Positions 19,705 through 29,505 of a stretch of 64,000 nt of DNA are shown here, piece by piece. Position 1 is the first letter of the stretch. The number at the start of each line of letters is the position of its first letter. The stretch lies in assembly GCA_043798985.1 (NCBI GenBank), contig JAZDOE010000001.1, forward strand, positions 309-64,308. The letters run 5' to 3'. The position numbers and the translations under genes were made by a program. This DNA comes from Candidatus Falkowbacteria bacterium. Its GTDB lineage: Bacteria > Patescibacteriota > Patescibacteriia > UBA11705 > JACRDX01. The notes beneath the pieces were generated by a model. That model was given only the letters and a program-made list of their open reading frames with translations, searched no databases and had not been told where the DNA came from.

Positions 19705-20853
19705 ATGAATATAGCGCAGGTTGTGTGCGTTCTGCCACCTATAGCCGGAGGAATTGGTCGCGTGGCAGATCGCTATGCTGATGAATTAACAAAACTCGGG
19801 CATGAAGTTCAGGTTTTTCTTCCTCAACAAAAAGGGGTGGATTTTTGTTTGGGCAAAAATTACAGAGTTGAACTGTTAAAACCGCTTGTTGGAAACGGGT
19901 TAGCAGCTGTTTTACCGCAGCTTTTTGGCAAATTGAAAAATTTTGATGCGATTATTTTGCATTATCCGTTTTTTGGGTCAGCTTTGTTGACGGCGCTGGT
20001 TGTCTCCTTCGACAGGCTCAGGATGACAACGCCGCGACGATTTATTGTTGTTTATCACATGGATGTTGTGTTAAAAGGTTGGAAAAAAATTTATGAAAAA
20101 GTTGGGCGATGGTTGTTTTTAAATTTTATTTTAAATTCCGCGGATAAAATTGTTTGTTCGTCATTTGATTACATTGAAAATTCAAATATAAAAAAATATT
20201 TTAGAAAACGCCGCGCCAAATTTTTTGAAATTCCTTTTGGCGCATCCGATCAATTTAAACCAGCGCCAAAAGATACAGAATTGTTGGCGCGGCACGGTTT
20301 TATTGAATCCGATAAAATCGTTTTATTTGTCGGTGGTTTAAATTCCGAACATTATTTTAAAGGCGTGAATTATTTTATTGACGCGATCAAGTTGATTGAT
20401 GATAAAAACATAAAAGCATTGATTGTTGGTTCTGGAAATTTGAAAAGCGAATATGAGAAGTTGGTTGACGAGAAGAATTTGGCGAATCGCGTAAAGTTTG
20501 CCGGATTTGTAAGTGATGAAGATTTGCCAAAATATTATAATTTGGCAGACGCAATAATTTTGCCGTCAATAAATTGTTCGGAAGCGTTTGGCATTGTGCT
20601 GGTTGAAGCAATGGCGTGCGGAAAACCGGTGCTGGCGTCAGATTTGGCAGGCGTGCGAAGTGTTGTTGAAAATAATAGAAACGGTTTTACGTTTGAACCA
20701 AAAACATCGGCTGATATCGCGTTAAAAATTGAAATGCTTTTTGGCGATGTTGCGCGCTATAAAATATTCAGCGAAGAATGTTTAAGGTTAGTTGAACAAA
20801 AATATCGCTGGAATATCGCCGCGAAAAAATTGAATGAAATAATTTTGTCATGA
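19705..20853 (+). CDS. Glycosyltransferase family 4
   Basis: GGIG, LFVGGL...KG and EAFGIVLVEAMACGKPV (EX7E motif). Confidence 0.92.
   Translation: MNIAQVVCVLPPIAGGIGRVADRYADELTKLGHEVQVFLPQQKGVDFCLGKNYRVELLKPLVGNGLAAVLPQLFGKLKNFDAIILHYPFFGSALLTALVVSFDRLRMTTPRRFIVVYHMDVVLKGWKKIYEKVGRWLFLNFILNSADKIVCSSFDYIENSNIKKYFRKRRAKFFEIPFGASDQFKPAPKDTELLARHGFIESDKIVLFVGGLNSEHYFKGVNYFIDAIKLIDDKNIKALIVGSGNLKSEYEKLVDEKNLANRVKFAGFVSDEDLPKYYNLADAIILPSINCSEAFGIVLVEAMACGKPVLASDLAGVRSVVENNRNGFTFEPKTSADIALKIEMLFGDVARYKIFSEECLRLVEQKYRWNIAAKKLNEIILS
20001..20030. repeat. Family C element in frame in GT4 (VSFDRLRMTT)
   Basis: TGTCTCCTTCGACAGGCTCAGGATGACAAC; 29/30 identical to the reverse complement of 56834-56863. 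Confidence 0.9.
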
Positions 20854-22049
20854 AAATTTGCATAATAACAAATTTATACCAGCCGCATAGTCGCGGCGGC
20901 GCGGAATTGATTGCCAAAACAATGGCAAACGGTTTTGTCAGCGCTGGTGATTCAGTTGTTGTTATTTCAACAAAACCAACGCGCGGTTTATCCGTGGATC
21001 AGGCGAGCGGGCGCATGCGAATTTATCGTTTCCTGCCGCTGAATATTTTTTATTATTTAAATGATTATAAACACAGCGCGCCAATCCGGTTGCTGTGGCA
21101 TTTTTTTGACATGTTCAATTGGCACAGCGCCAAAGTTGTCGCCGGAATTTTGAAAAATGAAAAACCTGATTTAGTCGTCACACACAATTTAAAAGGCATT
21201 GGTTTGTTAATACCGCGCGTAATCGCGCGGCTGAAATTAAAGCATGTTCATGTTTTGCACGATGTTCAGCTTGTTGTTCCATCTGGTCTGATTTTGAAAA
21301 ATCACGAGCAAGATTTTTCCATTGTCGGCTGGCCGACAAGAGTTTACGCTGGGATTTGTCGCTGGTTGTTTGGCAAAGTTAGTTTTGTCGTTTCGCCATC
21401 AAAATGGTTGCTTGATTTTTATGTTAGAAATGGATTTTTCAAAAACAGCCAGCAACAAACTATTCGCAATCCTGTGGTTGGCGTAGAGACGAGACATGTC
21501 TCGTCTCTGCAAAAGACCAATCAATTTTTGTTTGTTGGGCAAATTGAAAAGCACAAAGGCATTGATTGGTTAGTAAATTTTTGGAGGAAAAAGAATATTG
21601 CTGACGAATTGTTGATCGTTGGCCATGGATCGTTGAAGCATGGCTACGAAACTGCAAATCAGGACGAATGTTACAAATCTGCGAATATTAAGTTTTTTGG
21701 AAAAAAGACGAGGGAAGAGTTGGAAGAAATGTACCGGCCAGCTGACTTTTTAATCGCACCGTCATTATGTTATGAAAACTCTCCGACGGTGATTCAATCA
21801 GCGTTCCAAAACGGGGTGCCGGTGATTGTCGCTGATATTGGCGGCGCGGCAGAATTGGTTGAAAATAAAAAAACAGGATTTATTTTTCCTGCTGGCAACG
21901 AAGACGCGTTGATTAAAATCTTGGAAAATATCAAGTTGCTCGCGGACAAGGATTATCAAAAAATGTCAGAGCAATGTTTGGAAAAGTCGCGAGATTGGGA
22001 TGTTGAAAGATATATCGTAGCTTGTAGGAAGATAGCTGGTAGCTTGTAG
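20850..22049 (+). CDS. Glycosyltransferase family 4
   Basis: MKICIITNLY...GGAE, FVGQIEKHKG and ENSPTVIQSAFQNGVPVI. Confidence 0.9.
   Translation: MKICIITNLYQPHSRGGAELIAKTMANGFVSAGDSVVVISTKPTRGLSVDQASGRMRIYRFLPLNIFYYLNDYKHSAPIRLLWHFFDMFNWHSAKVVAGILKNEKPDLVVTHNLKGIGLLIPRVIARLKLKHVHVLHDVQLVVPSGLILKNHEQDFSIVGWPTRVYAGICRWLFGKVSFVVSPSKWLLDFYVRNGFFKNSQQQTIRNPVVGVETRHVSSLQKTNQFLFVGQIEKHKGIDWLVNFWRKKNIADELLIVGHGSLKHGYETANQDECYKSANIKFFGKKTREELEEMYRPADFLIAPSLCYENSPTVIQSAFQNGVPVIVADIGGAAELVENKKTGFIFPAGNEDALIKILENIKLLADKDYQKMSEQCLEKSRDWDVERYIVACRKIAGSL
21483..21510. repeat. Family B palindrome in frame in GT4 (VETRHVSSLQ)
   Basis: GTAGAGACGAGACATGTCTCGTCTCTGC at the linker between the two GT-B domains. 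Confidence 0.9.
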
Positions 22050-22052
22050 AAT

Positions 22053-22087
22053 AAAAAATCGGCCCAGTAGTCTGGACCGGTTTTTTT
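22053..22087. terminator. Bidirectional terminator
   Basis: A-run, TCGG.CCAG/CTGG.CCGG stem, T-run between convergent genes. Confidence 0.7.
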
Positions 22088-23174
22088 ATAAACCTTTTAA
22101 ACTTAATCCCATTCTGTATTCGTTTGGTTCCAAAGAAACAATTTTGAATTTCATTTTATCGCCAGCTTTTGCAATGTCGCTTGGGGTTGCTTCTTTGTCT
22201 GACAATTCAGAAACATGCGCCAATCCTTGTAATTCTCCATCCAGTTGGACAAACAAGCCATACGGATTTACTTTTGCGATTGTTCCTTCAACAATGTCTC
22301 CGATTTTATATTTTTGTTCAATCCCGATCCAAGGATTTGCGCTAAGCTGTTTTACTGACAAAAACATTTTGGAATTATCAATTTTGATAATTTTTACCTG
22401 AAGTTCCTGTTCGACTTTGAACAATTCATTTGGGTCGTCAATTCTTTGCCACGCCAGTTCAGAAATGTGGATTAGCCCTTCCAGCCTTTCTCCAAACTCC
22501 ACGAACACTCCGAAATTTGTTATGGCAGTCACTTTGCCGGGTATGATGTCGCCTTCCTTATACTTGCTAAAAATTTCTTTTTTCGTTTCTTCCCACGCCG
22601 CTTTTTCAGAAACGATTAATTTTTCTTCATCTTCGTCAGCGGTAATAATTTTGACGGCCAATTCTTCGCCAGCCAGTTTTTTCAGGCGTTCAAGAATTTT
22701 GTTCTTGTCACCGCCAGGGACGCGCGGATAATGCTCTGGACTTAATTGAGAAACCGGCAAAAATCCGTTCAATTTTCCATAGGTGACCAATAAGCCGCCT
22801 TTGTTCGCGTCTTTTACGCGGACATTCACAATGCTGTTTGCCTGCATTAATTCGTGCAGACCGTTCCAGACTTTTTGATGGCCGGCATAACTGAATGAAA
22901 GTTCCGCGAATCCAAGCTCGTTTTCTCCTTCCAAAACAGTGGCTTCAACAGAATCGTTGACTTTTAGGTTTTTGTATTCGTCAGAATGAGTGTTCAGCTC
23001 TTGGCCGCGCACAATTCCGACCGCGATTCCGTCAATGTCAACCAAAATTTGGTTGCGTTTGATTGCGATTACCGTGCCTTTAACGATTTCGCCTGCTTCT
23101 GGCAGCTTTGGCGTACCGTCTTTTTTGTCCAAAAGCTCGGTCATTTTTGAATTTTCTACGATTGCATTAGACAT
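22086..23174 (-). CDS. rpsA: 30S ribosomal protein S1 (four S1 domains)
   Basis: Repeated S1 motifs NKGGLLV, FGVFVE..EGLIHISEL and YGLFV..GLAHVSEL. Confidence 0.93.
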   Translation of the reverse strand: MSNAIVENSKMTELLDKKDGTPKLPEAGEIVKGTVIAIKRNQILVDIDGIAVGIVRGQELNTHSDEYKNLKVNDSVEATVLEGENELGFAELSFSYAGHQKVWNGLHELMQANSIVNVRVKDANKGGLLVTYGKLNGFLPVSQLSPEHYPRVPGGDKNKILERLKKLAGEELAVKIITADEDEEKLIVSEKAAWEETKKEIFSKYKEGDIIPGKVTAITNFGVFVEFGERLEGLIHISELAWQRIDDPNELFKVEQELQVKIIKIDNSKMFLSVKQLSANPWIGIEQKYKIGDIVEGTIAKVNPYGLFVQLDGELQGLAHVSELSDKEATPSDIAKAGDKMKFKIVSLEPNEYRMGLSLKGL

Positions 23175-23440
23175 CGCTTAATGCTCCTTTCTTTGTAAGA
23201 TGCACTAAGCGTAGCGCAGGCGATTTAAATTGTCAACGCTTGATTTTTTGTTCACATTTTGGGCTTTCATTTTTTATTAAATTCTGATAGAATGTAATAA
23301 GAAAGTAGAAACTGGAAACTGGGAATTAGGGTATATGAATATGCGTAATTGCAATTTTTTAAACCATAAGTTGTAACCTCAATTTCTAATTTCTCAATTT
23401 TGTTAATTTCAATTATAAATTAATTAAATAGTATAAAGTT

Positions 23441-23953
23441 ATGGATTTTTCTTTAATAATAATAATTTGTCTTTTTGTATATCTGTGTATTTTTTTAAGA
23501 CTAATTTTGGTTAAGTTTAATAATACTCTTAATAAAAAAAGTGAATTGGAAAACGATAAAGATTCCTTTTATCCTGTGTTTAGCCGAGCAGAAATTAAAC
23601 AGCAGCTTTTTGATATTGAAATTAAGAAATTTAAAAAATCAAAAAAAGGTGATGAATATGACAAGCTACTTTCCGAGGAGAAAGAAAAAAATATTTTTCC
23701 GAGCGATAACATTAAGTATTTAATACGAGATTATTCTGAAGATGTTATTGAATACGAATTTTCCGAAAATAGATTAAACAAAATGTTGCAGGCAAATATA
23801 GACGTGCTAAATGGGAGTAAAAAAATTAATGAAGTTGACAAAGATAAAGTTTTGTGTGACATAATAGAAATGTTTGATAAAATTAAGCAAGGCAAGCTTA
23901 GATATGAAGAATGGTTAGAGCGAATACAAAGTAAAAAAGAGCCAAAGAAATAG
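23441..23953 (+). CDS. Hypothetical membrane-anchored protein (AT-rich islet)
   Basis: 170-aa ORF, N-terminal TM, very AT-rich. Confidence 0.6.
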   Translation: MDFSLIIIICLFVYLCIFLRLILVKFNNTLNKKSELENDKDSFYPVFSRAEIKQQLFDIEIKKFKKSKKGDEYDKLLSEEKEKNIFPSDNIKYLIRDYSEDVIEYEFSENRLNKMLQANIDVLNGSKKINEVDKDKVLCDIIEMFDKIKQGKLRYEEWLERIQSKKEPKK

Positions 23954-24015
23954 CGCAACGTGGATAGTATTAATGGTAATTTAAGTAAAATTTCTGAGGG
24001 AAGTTTATAAAAATT

Positions 24016-24231
24016 ATGGCTAGAATAAATTTTGATTCAGTCTTTGAGCGAAGGGCTGACGGCACGTTAATTCCTCGTCAAAGGATACGCGTAGGGGGAA
24101 TTGAGTTGGGGCTAGGTGTTGTTTTTCGTCGGGGGGTCGCCTTTGGAGGCATAGATTTTACGCAATTTATAGGTCGCGAGCTTGATGTAGAGACAGACGG
24201 TGATATTTTGGTTATCAAAGGGATTTATTAA
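24016..24231 (+). CDS. Small Gly-rich beta-type hypothetical protein
   Basis: 71-aa ORF with ATG start and plausible composition. Confidence 0.6.
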   Translation: MARINFDSVFERRADGTLIPRQRIRVGGIELGLGVVFRRGVAFGGIDFTQFIGRELDVETDGDILVIKGIY

Positions 24232-24235
24232 GTTT

Positions 24236-24529
24236 ATGGGTAAGAACGAAAAACCACAAATTATCATACCTGATCCAATCCATGAAGCGATAAATAGAAT
24301 TAATAAAGCAATATGGGCTATCGTTAGTATTTTGATCCTTGGTTTTATAACGATGCTTTTAATGGTAGCGGGTCTCGTTTTAGATGCATGGCGATTTAAA
24401 AGTAATTCCTATGAGGGTTTGATAGAGACGATACGGACGCAAGAAGAGATTATTAATAATAATAAAATTCAACAAGCCGAGGTGAAAAGTATTTTAGAAA
24501 ATATACAAAAGAAGTTACCGAAAAAATAA
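24236..24529 (+). CDS. Small membrane protein with C-terminal coiled coil
   Basis: ATG 4 nt after the previous stop; one long TM segment. Confidence 0.55.
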   Translation: MGKNEKPQIIIPDPIHEAINRINKAIWAIVSILILGFITMLLMVAGLVLDAWRFKSNSYEGLIETIRTQEEIINNNKIQQAEVKSILENIQKKLPKK

Positions 24530-24589
24530 AATGATTTTGGACAAATAAGTCTGATTTCAAAATTAAAAATTTAAAATCCAAAATTTTGT

Positions 24590-25249
24590 ATGACTATTCA
24601 ATGGTTAGGGCATTCATGTTTTAAGCTTTCAACAAAAACCGGCAACAACGAAGTGATCGTCGTCACGGATCCATATTCCAATGACATTGGTTTTCGTTTT
24701 CCGAAAACATCGGCTGATATTGTCACCATTAGCCACGATCATTTTGACCATAATAATTATCAGGAGATTAAGGGAAATTTGGAAGAAGCGCCGTTTATTA
24801 TTAAGGAAGCTGGCGAGTATGAGACAAAGGGAGTGTTTGTTCAGAGCATTGAGACTTTCCACGATGACAAATCCGGCGTTGAACGCGGTAAAAATCTGGC
24901 GTTTTTGATTCATATTGAAGATGCCACGGTTTTGCATTTGGGCGATCTTGGGCATGAACTTTCTAACGAGCAAGTTGAAGCAATCGGAGATGTTGATATT
25001 TTGTTGATTCCGGTTGGCGGCAAGTACACAATAAACGCGAAAATAGCGGTTGATGTTGTAAAAGCCATTGAGCCGCGGATTGTTATTCCAATGCACTATA
25101 AAATTCCGGGGCTGAAAGTTGAGATTGAAAGCGCTGACGCGTTTTTGAAAAATTTTGGCAGTAAAGTTGAGACGATGAAAAAGTTAAAGGTTGCAAAAAA
25201 AGATTTAATGGCAGAGGAAACCAAAGTCGTCGTGTTAGAGAAAGAATAA
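24590..25249 (+). CDS. Metallo-beta-lactamase-fold hydrolase
   Basis: WLGHSCF, TDPY, SHDHFDHN, HLGDLG, PVGG and IPMHY. Confidence 0.92.
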   Translation: MTIQWLGHSCFKLSTKTGNNEVIVVTDPYSNDIGFRFPKTSADIVTISHDHFDHNNYQEIKGNLEEAPFIIKEAGEYETKGVFVQSIETFHDDKSGVERGKNLAFLIHIEDATVLHLGDLGHELSNEQVEAIGDVDILLIPVGGKYTINAKIAVDVVKAIEPRIVIPMHYKIPGLKVEIESADAFLKNFGSKVETMKKLKVAKKDLMAEETKVVVLEKE

Positions 25250-25252
25250 GGC

Positions 25253-25281
25253 GAGATTGCCGCGCTACGCTCGCAATGACA
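25253..25281. repeat. REP-like half element (GAGATTGCC...GCAATGACA), related to family A ends
   Basis: GAGATTGCCGCGCTACGCTCGCAATGACA; contains the ATG of ORF 25276. Confidence 0.7.
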
Positions 25282-25527
25282 AATGATAAACGAAAATTAT
25301 ATTTGATCATTTCAGTTGCTATTACCGCATTGTTGATTTTTATTTTTTGGCTTGGTAGTGTCGCGAGTGATTTTCAACAAATAGATGCTGGACAAAAAAT
25401 AGGGGAAAACGGCGTTAAGCAGGAAATAGAAAGTTTTTTCAGCGGCGTGAAAAGTTTTATTATAAAAGATAAGCAAGATTTGTTAAATAAATATGAAAAA
25501 GATTCCGCAAAAAGCACTGGAATTTAA
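25276..25527 (+). CDS. Small membrane protein
   Basis: N-terminal TM; overlaps the gyrA start. Confidence 0.55.
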   Translation: MTNDKRKLYLIISVAITALLIFIFWLGSVASDFQQIDAGQKIGENGVKQEIESFFSGVKSFIIKDKQDLLNKYEKDSAKSTGI

Positions 25528-27982
25528 TATTGGCAGAGTTGAACCTCGCCCAATTTTGGACGAAATAAGCGATTCATATTTGGATTACGCGATGTCTGTG
25601 ATTGTTTCGCGCGCGTTACCAGATGTGCGTGACGGTCTAAAACCGGTTCACCGCAGAATTTTGTACGCGATGTGGACAATCGGATTGCGCTCGTCCGCAA
25701 GATACAGAAAATCCGCGACAGTGGTCGGTGAGGTGCTCGGTAAATACCACCCGCACGGCGATGTGGCTGTCTACGATTCAATGGTGCGCATGGCGCAGGA
25801 TTTTTCAATGCGGTATGAGCTTGTTGACGGGCAGGGAAACTTTGGTTCAATGGACGGCGACGGCGCGGCTGCTATGCGTTATACTGAAGCGCGGCTCGCT
25901 GGAATCGCGGATGAATTGTTGCTGGACTTGGAAAAAAATACAGTTGATTTTATACCAAATTACGATGGCTCGCATAAGGAACCATTGGTTTTGCCGGCAA
26001 AACTTCCAAACTTGTTGCTGAACGGCGCCATGGGAATCGCGGTTGGTATGGCGACAAATATTCCGCCGCACAATTTGTCTGAACTTTGCGACGCGATTGT
26101 TTATTTGGTGGATAATCCAAACGCTGATGTTGATGATTTGGTGAAAATCGTTCAAGGCCCGGATTTTCCGACCGGCGGTATTATTTACAATATCAAAGAT
26201 ATTACCGAGGCATACGCGACTGGTCGTGGTCAGATTGTCGTGCGCGCGAAAGCGGATATTGAGGAAGACGCGAATGGAAAGTTTAAGATTATTGTGACAG
26301 AAATTCCATATCAGGTGAACAAATCTTCGCTGTTACAAAAAATCGCGGAGTTGGTTAAAGACAAAAAGTTTGATGAAATAAAAGATTTGCGCGATGAGTC
26401 TGACAAAGACGGCGTACGAATTGTGGTTGAGCTGAAAAAAGACGCGTATCCCAAAAAAGTTTTGAACAAATTGTTCAAGCTCACTCAATTGCAGACGAAT
26501 TTTAACGTGAACATGCTGGCATTGGTTGACGGAATTCAGCCGCGAGTTTTGACGTTAAAAGATGTTTTGTCAGAATATGTTAAGCATCGTCAGACCGTTA
26601 TCCGCCGCAGAACTGAATTTGATTTGAAAAAAGCGCAAGAGCGGTGTCATATTTTGGATGGTTTGAAAATTGCGCTGGACAACATTGACGCGGTTGTTAA
26701 GTTGATTAAAAAATCAAAGGATCGCGACGAAGCAAAAAAGGGTTTAATGAAAAATTTCAAGTTGAGCGAAGTTCAGGCAATCGCGATTTTGGAAATGCGT
26801 TTGCAAAATTTGGCAAACTTGGAACACATGAAAATTTTGGACGAATTAAAAGAAAAACTGGCATTGATTAAAGATTTGAAAACGATTTTGGGTTCAGAAA
26901 AGAAGGTTTTGAAAATGATTCAGGATGATTTGAAATATGTAAAAGAAAAATATGGCGACCAGCGTCGGACAAAAGTCGTGAAAGCTGCGCTCGGAGAGTT
27001 TTCGCAGGAGGATTTTATACCAAATGAGCCGACAATGGTAATGATTACCAAAGATGGGTATATCAAACGGTTGGCGCCAGATACTTTTAGGACGCAGCGT
27101 CGCGGCGGCAAAGGCGTTGTTGGATTTACCACAAAAGAAGAAGATGTTGTGGAGCAATTTTTCTCAACGATGACGCATAATGATTTGCTGTTTTTCACAA
27201 CTCGCGGCAGGGCGTTTCAAATGAAGGCGTATGATATTCCGGCGTCTTTGCGCACGAGCAAAGGGCAGGCATTGGTGAACTTTTTGCAACTTTCGTCAGA
27301 GGAAAAAGTGTCATCGGTTTTGAGCGTTGACGACATGGCAAGTTTTAAATATTTATTCATGACAACAAAGTTCGGTTTGGTGAAAAAGGTTGATGTCGCG
27401 GATTTTTCAAATGTGCGGCGCAGTGGCTTGATTGCGATAAAATTAAAAGATGATGACCGGTTGCAATGGGTAGAGCCGACAACCGGCAAAGACGAAATTG
27501 TTTTGGCAACAAATCGCGGCCAATCAATACGATTTTCGGAAAAAGACGCGCGCTCAATGGGCAGAAACGCGGCTGGCGTGCGCGGCGTGAGATTGAAGAA
27601 CGGAGATTTTGTCGTGAACATGGCAGTCATCAACCCAGCGTTCATTAAAAAAGAGCAATTGCTGACTGTCGGTGAAAACGGTTTTGGCAAAAGAACGACT
27701 TTGAAATTTTATAGAATTCAGAAACGCGGTGGCACTGGAATTCGCGCGATGAAAGTTTCATCAAAAACCGGTAAGCTGGTTTGCGCGCTGATTGTGAATT
27801 CTGAAGATTTGGCGCACGATTTAATGGTTATTTCAAAGAAGGGACAAGTGATTCGGTTGCCAGTGAAAAGCGTTTCTGAAGTTGGCCGCGACACGCAGGG
27901 CGTGCGTCTGATGAAGTTTAAAGCTGACAATGATACCGCGGTAAAAGTTTCTTTGGTTGATCAGGGCGTGGAGGAGGAATAA
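25493..27982 (+). CDS. gyrA: DNA gyrase subunit A
   Basis: [38 protein letters not shown] and GyrA-box QRRGGKG. Confidence 0.98.
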   Translation: MKKIPQKALEFNIGRVEPRPILDEISDSYLDYAMSVIVSRALPDVRDGLKPVHRRILYAMWTIGLRSSARYRKSATVVGEVLGKYHPHGDVAVYDSMVRMAQDFSMRYELVDGQGNFGSMDGDGAAAMRYTEARLAGIADELLLDLEKNTVDFIPNYDGSHKEPLVLPAKLPNLLLNGAMGIAVGMATNIPPHNLSELCDAIVYLVDNPNADVDDLVKIVQGPDFPTGGIIYNIKDITEAYATGRGQIVVRAKADIEEDANGKFKIIVTEIPYQVNKSSLLQKIAELVKDKKFDEIKDLRDESDKDGVRIVVELKKDAYPKKVLNKLFKLTQLQTNFNVNMLALVDGIQPRVLTLKDVLSEYVKHRQTVIRRRTEFDLKKAQERCHILDGLKIALDNIDAVVKLIKKSKDRDEAKKGLMKNFKLSEVQAIAILEMRLQNLANLEHMKILDELKEKLALIKDLKTILGSEKKVLKMIQDDLKYVKEKYGDQRRTKVVKAALGEFSQEDFIPNEPTMVMITKDGYIKRLAPDTFRTQRRGGKGVVGFTTKEEDVVEQFFSTMTHNDLLFFTTRGRAFQMKAYDIPASLRTSKGQALVNFLQLSSEEKVSSVLSVDDMASFKYLFMTTKFGLVKKVDVADFSNVRRSGLIAIKLKDDDRLQWVEPTTGKDEIVLATNRGQSIRFSEKDARSMGRNAAGVRGVRLKNGDFVVNMAVINPAFIKKEQLLTVGENGFGKRTTLKFYRIQKRGGTGIRAMKVSSKTGKLVCALIVNSEDLAHDLMVISKKGQVIRLPVKSVSEVGRDTQGVRLMKFKADNDTAVKVSLVDQGVEEE

Positions 27983-27983
27983 T

Positions 27984-28000
27984 GTCATGCTACGTCTCTA
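27984..28000. repeat. Partial family B palindrome supplying the last codons and stop of the DHH gene
   Basis: GTCATGCTACGTCTCTA matches the right arm of 7983-8010. Confidence 0.65.
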
Positions 28001-28934
28001 TTTTTATTGAAAACCCCGCGGCTTTTTGATGACCGCCGCCGCCGAGGATGTTGGCCAGCAGGCCAACATCCACCCTGTCGGACGTTGTCCGCAGGCTGCC
28101 TTTTATAAGGCCGGCGGCGGCGTCAATTTTAATTACCATCGCCATTTTAATTCCGGAAATATAGTTCAAAAAATCGGTAAATTCGTCATTCACTTCTGGT
28201 TCATTTTCGTTAATCTCTTTCAATAATTCAGGAGGAATGATTATCAGCGCGACACCATAGCGTTTGTTTATTTTTACGGTCTTGAGTATTTTTCCCCAAT
28301 ATTTTAGCGCTTGTGGATTTTTGTTGTACCAAAGTTTTTGATTCATGTCTGCCAGATTAGCGCCGAGACTCATAAGTTTATCAACGATTTCCAGCGTTTT
28401 GGGAGTGGTCGTTAGATTCGCAAAAGAATCAGTGTCAGTGATAATGCCCAACAAAAGGCTGTTGGCAATTTGTTTATTAAGCGGAATTTGCCAGTTGGAA
28501 AATAGCTCAAAAATTATTTCAGTGGTTGCCGCGGCTTTTTCGTCAATCAAGTTTATGTTGCCAAAAAGATGATTGTTTGGATGATGGTCAATGTTTATCA
28601 TCGGGCATTTATAGTTGGTTGAAAGTTGGCCAAGCGGCGTGCGACTTATTTCGCCGCAGTCGCAGGCAATAATTAAATCAATTCTTTTTAATTCGTCTTG
28701 GTTTGTATTTGTCAAAATCGCATCTTGCGGCAAGTTAAGGAATTTATATTTGCCATTGTTATTGAAATTTTCCTGCGCGAGAATTTTTACATTTTTATTT
28801 TGGTCCAGAAGTTTGATGAAAAAATAAAAAGCAACAACGCAGCCAATGGTGTCGCCGTCTGGATTTACGTGTGTAAGCAAAAGAATGTTTTGCGCGCAAC
28901 GGATATTGATTAGTATTGCCTGCTCTTTAGTCAT
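27990..28934 (-). CDS. DHH/DHHA1 oligoribonuclease/pAp phosphatase (NrnA-like)
   Basis: THVNPDGD, INIDHH, GIITDT, SLR and GGGGHQKAAG. Confidence 0.9.
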   Translation of the reverse strand: MTKEQAILINIRCAQNILLLTHVNPDGDTIGCVVAFYFFIKLLDQNKNVKILAQENFNNNGKYKFLNLPQDAILTNTNQDELKRIDLIIACDCGEISRTPLGQLSTNYKCPMINIDHHPNNHLFGNINLIDEKAAATTEIIFELFSNWQIPLNKQIANSLLLGIITDTDSFANLTTTPKTLEIVDKLMSLGANLADMNQKLWYNKNPQALKYWGKILKTVKINKRYGVALIIIPPELLKEINENEPEVNDEFTDFLNYISGIKMAMVIKIDAAAGLIKGSLRTTSDRVDVGLLANILGGGGHQKAAGFSIKIET

Positions 28935-29292
28935 GAAGCTCGTCGTCCGATCTCTCTCCAGCGACTCGGTCTATAATTTTTTCAATTTCAAATGCTTTTT
29001 CTTCGGTAAAATCCGGGATAAATGTTAATTCTGGCGTTGTGCGAAGGTATTTGATTCTTTTTGATAGTTCGCGTTTTATGAGGCCTTTGTTTTTTACCAA
29101 AAAACCAACCGCGAATTTTGTTTTGTCGCTTGGTATGGCGCTGATAAAAACCTTGCAGCTGTTCAAATTCGCGGCCACGTCAGTTTTTGCAACTGTTATG
29201 AATACGCCCGTTGGCAATTCAAGCTCTTTGTTTATTACTTCGCTAAGAGCAGTTGCAATAAGTTGGTTCAATTGTTTTTCGCGATGCGACAT
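28927..29292 (-). CDS. rbfA: Ribosome-binding factor A
   Basis: R..QLN..I...LS..I, ITV...D...L...KVFIS and LRTTPELTFIPD. Confidence 0.85.
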   Translation of the reverse strand: MSHREKQLNQLIATALSEVINKELELPTGVFITVAKTDVAANLNSCKVFISAIPSDKTKFAVGFLVKNKGLIKRELSKRIKYLRTTPELTFIPDFTEEKAFEIEKIIDRVAGERSDDELHD

Positions 29293-29362
29293 AGTTTTGT
29301 TTTGTAAATCTAATCATCATAAACCATCTGTTTTAAAAGGTCAAAATGAAAATATTGCACTG

Positions 29363-29502
29363 TTGACATACGTTGCCGTGCGTGATAATATTTTGATGTT
29401 CATTAACAATAGCCAGAGATTGGAATGTCCTTGCGCAGATTGCGAAGGAATGGCCAAGCTTGGCAGTATGCTGGCAAAATTGTCAGCAAAAAACGGAGGG
29501 GT
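29363..29502 (+). promoter_or_regulatory. Promoter, boxA-like motif, three-hairpin leader and SD
   Basis: TTGACA-17-TAATAT; GTTCATTAACAA at 29398-29409; hairpins CCTTGCGCA/TGCGAAGG, GCCAAGCTTGGC and TGCTGGCAA/TTGTCAGCA; GGAGGGG. Confidence 0.65.
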
Positions 29503-29505
29503 GTC

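Noticed and set aside
28047-28070. Perfect hairpin GATGTTGGCC-agca-GGCCAACATC inside the DHH gene as an inserted element
   Set aside because: Encodes the normal DV..LA helix before the GGGH motif with no apparent extra residues and has no other copy
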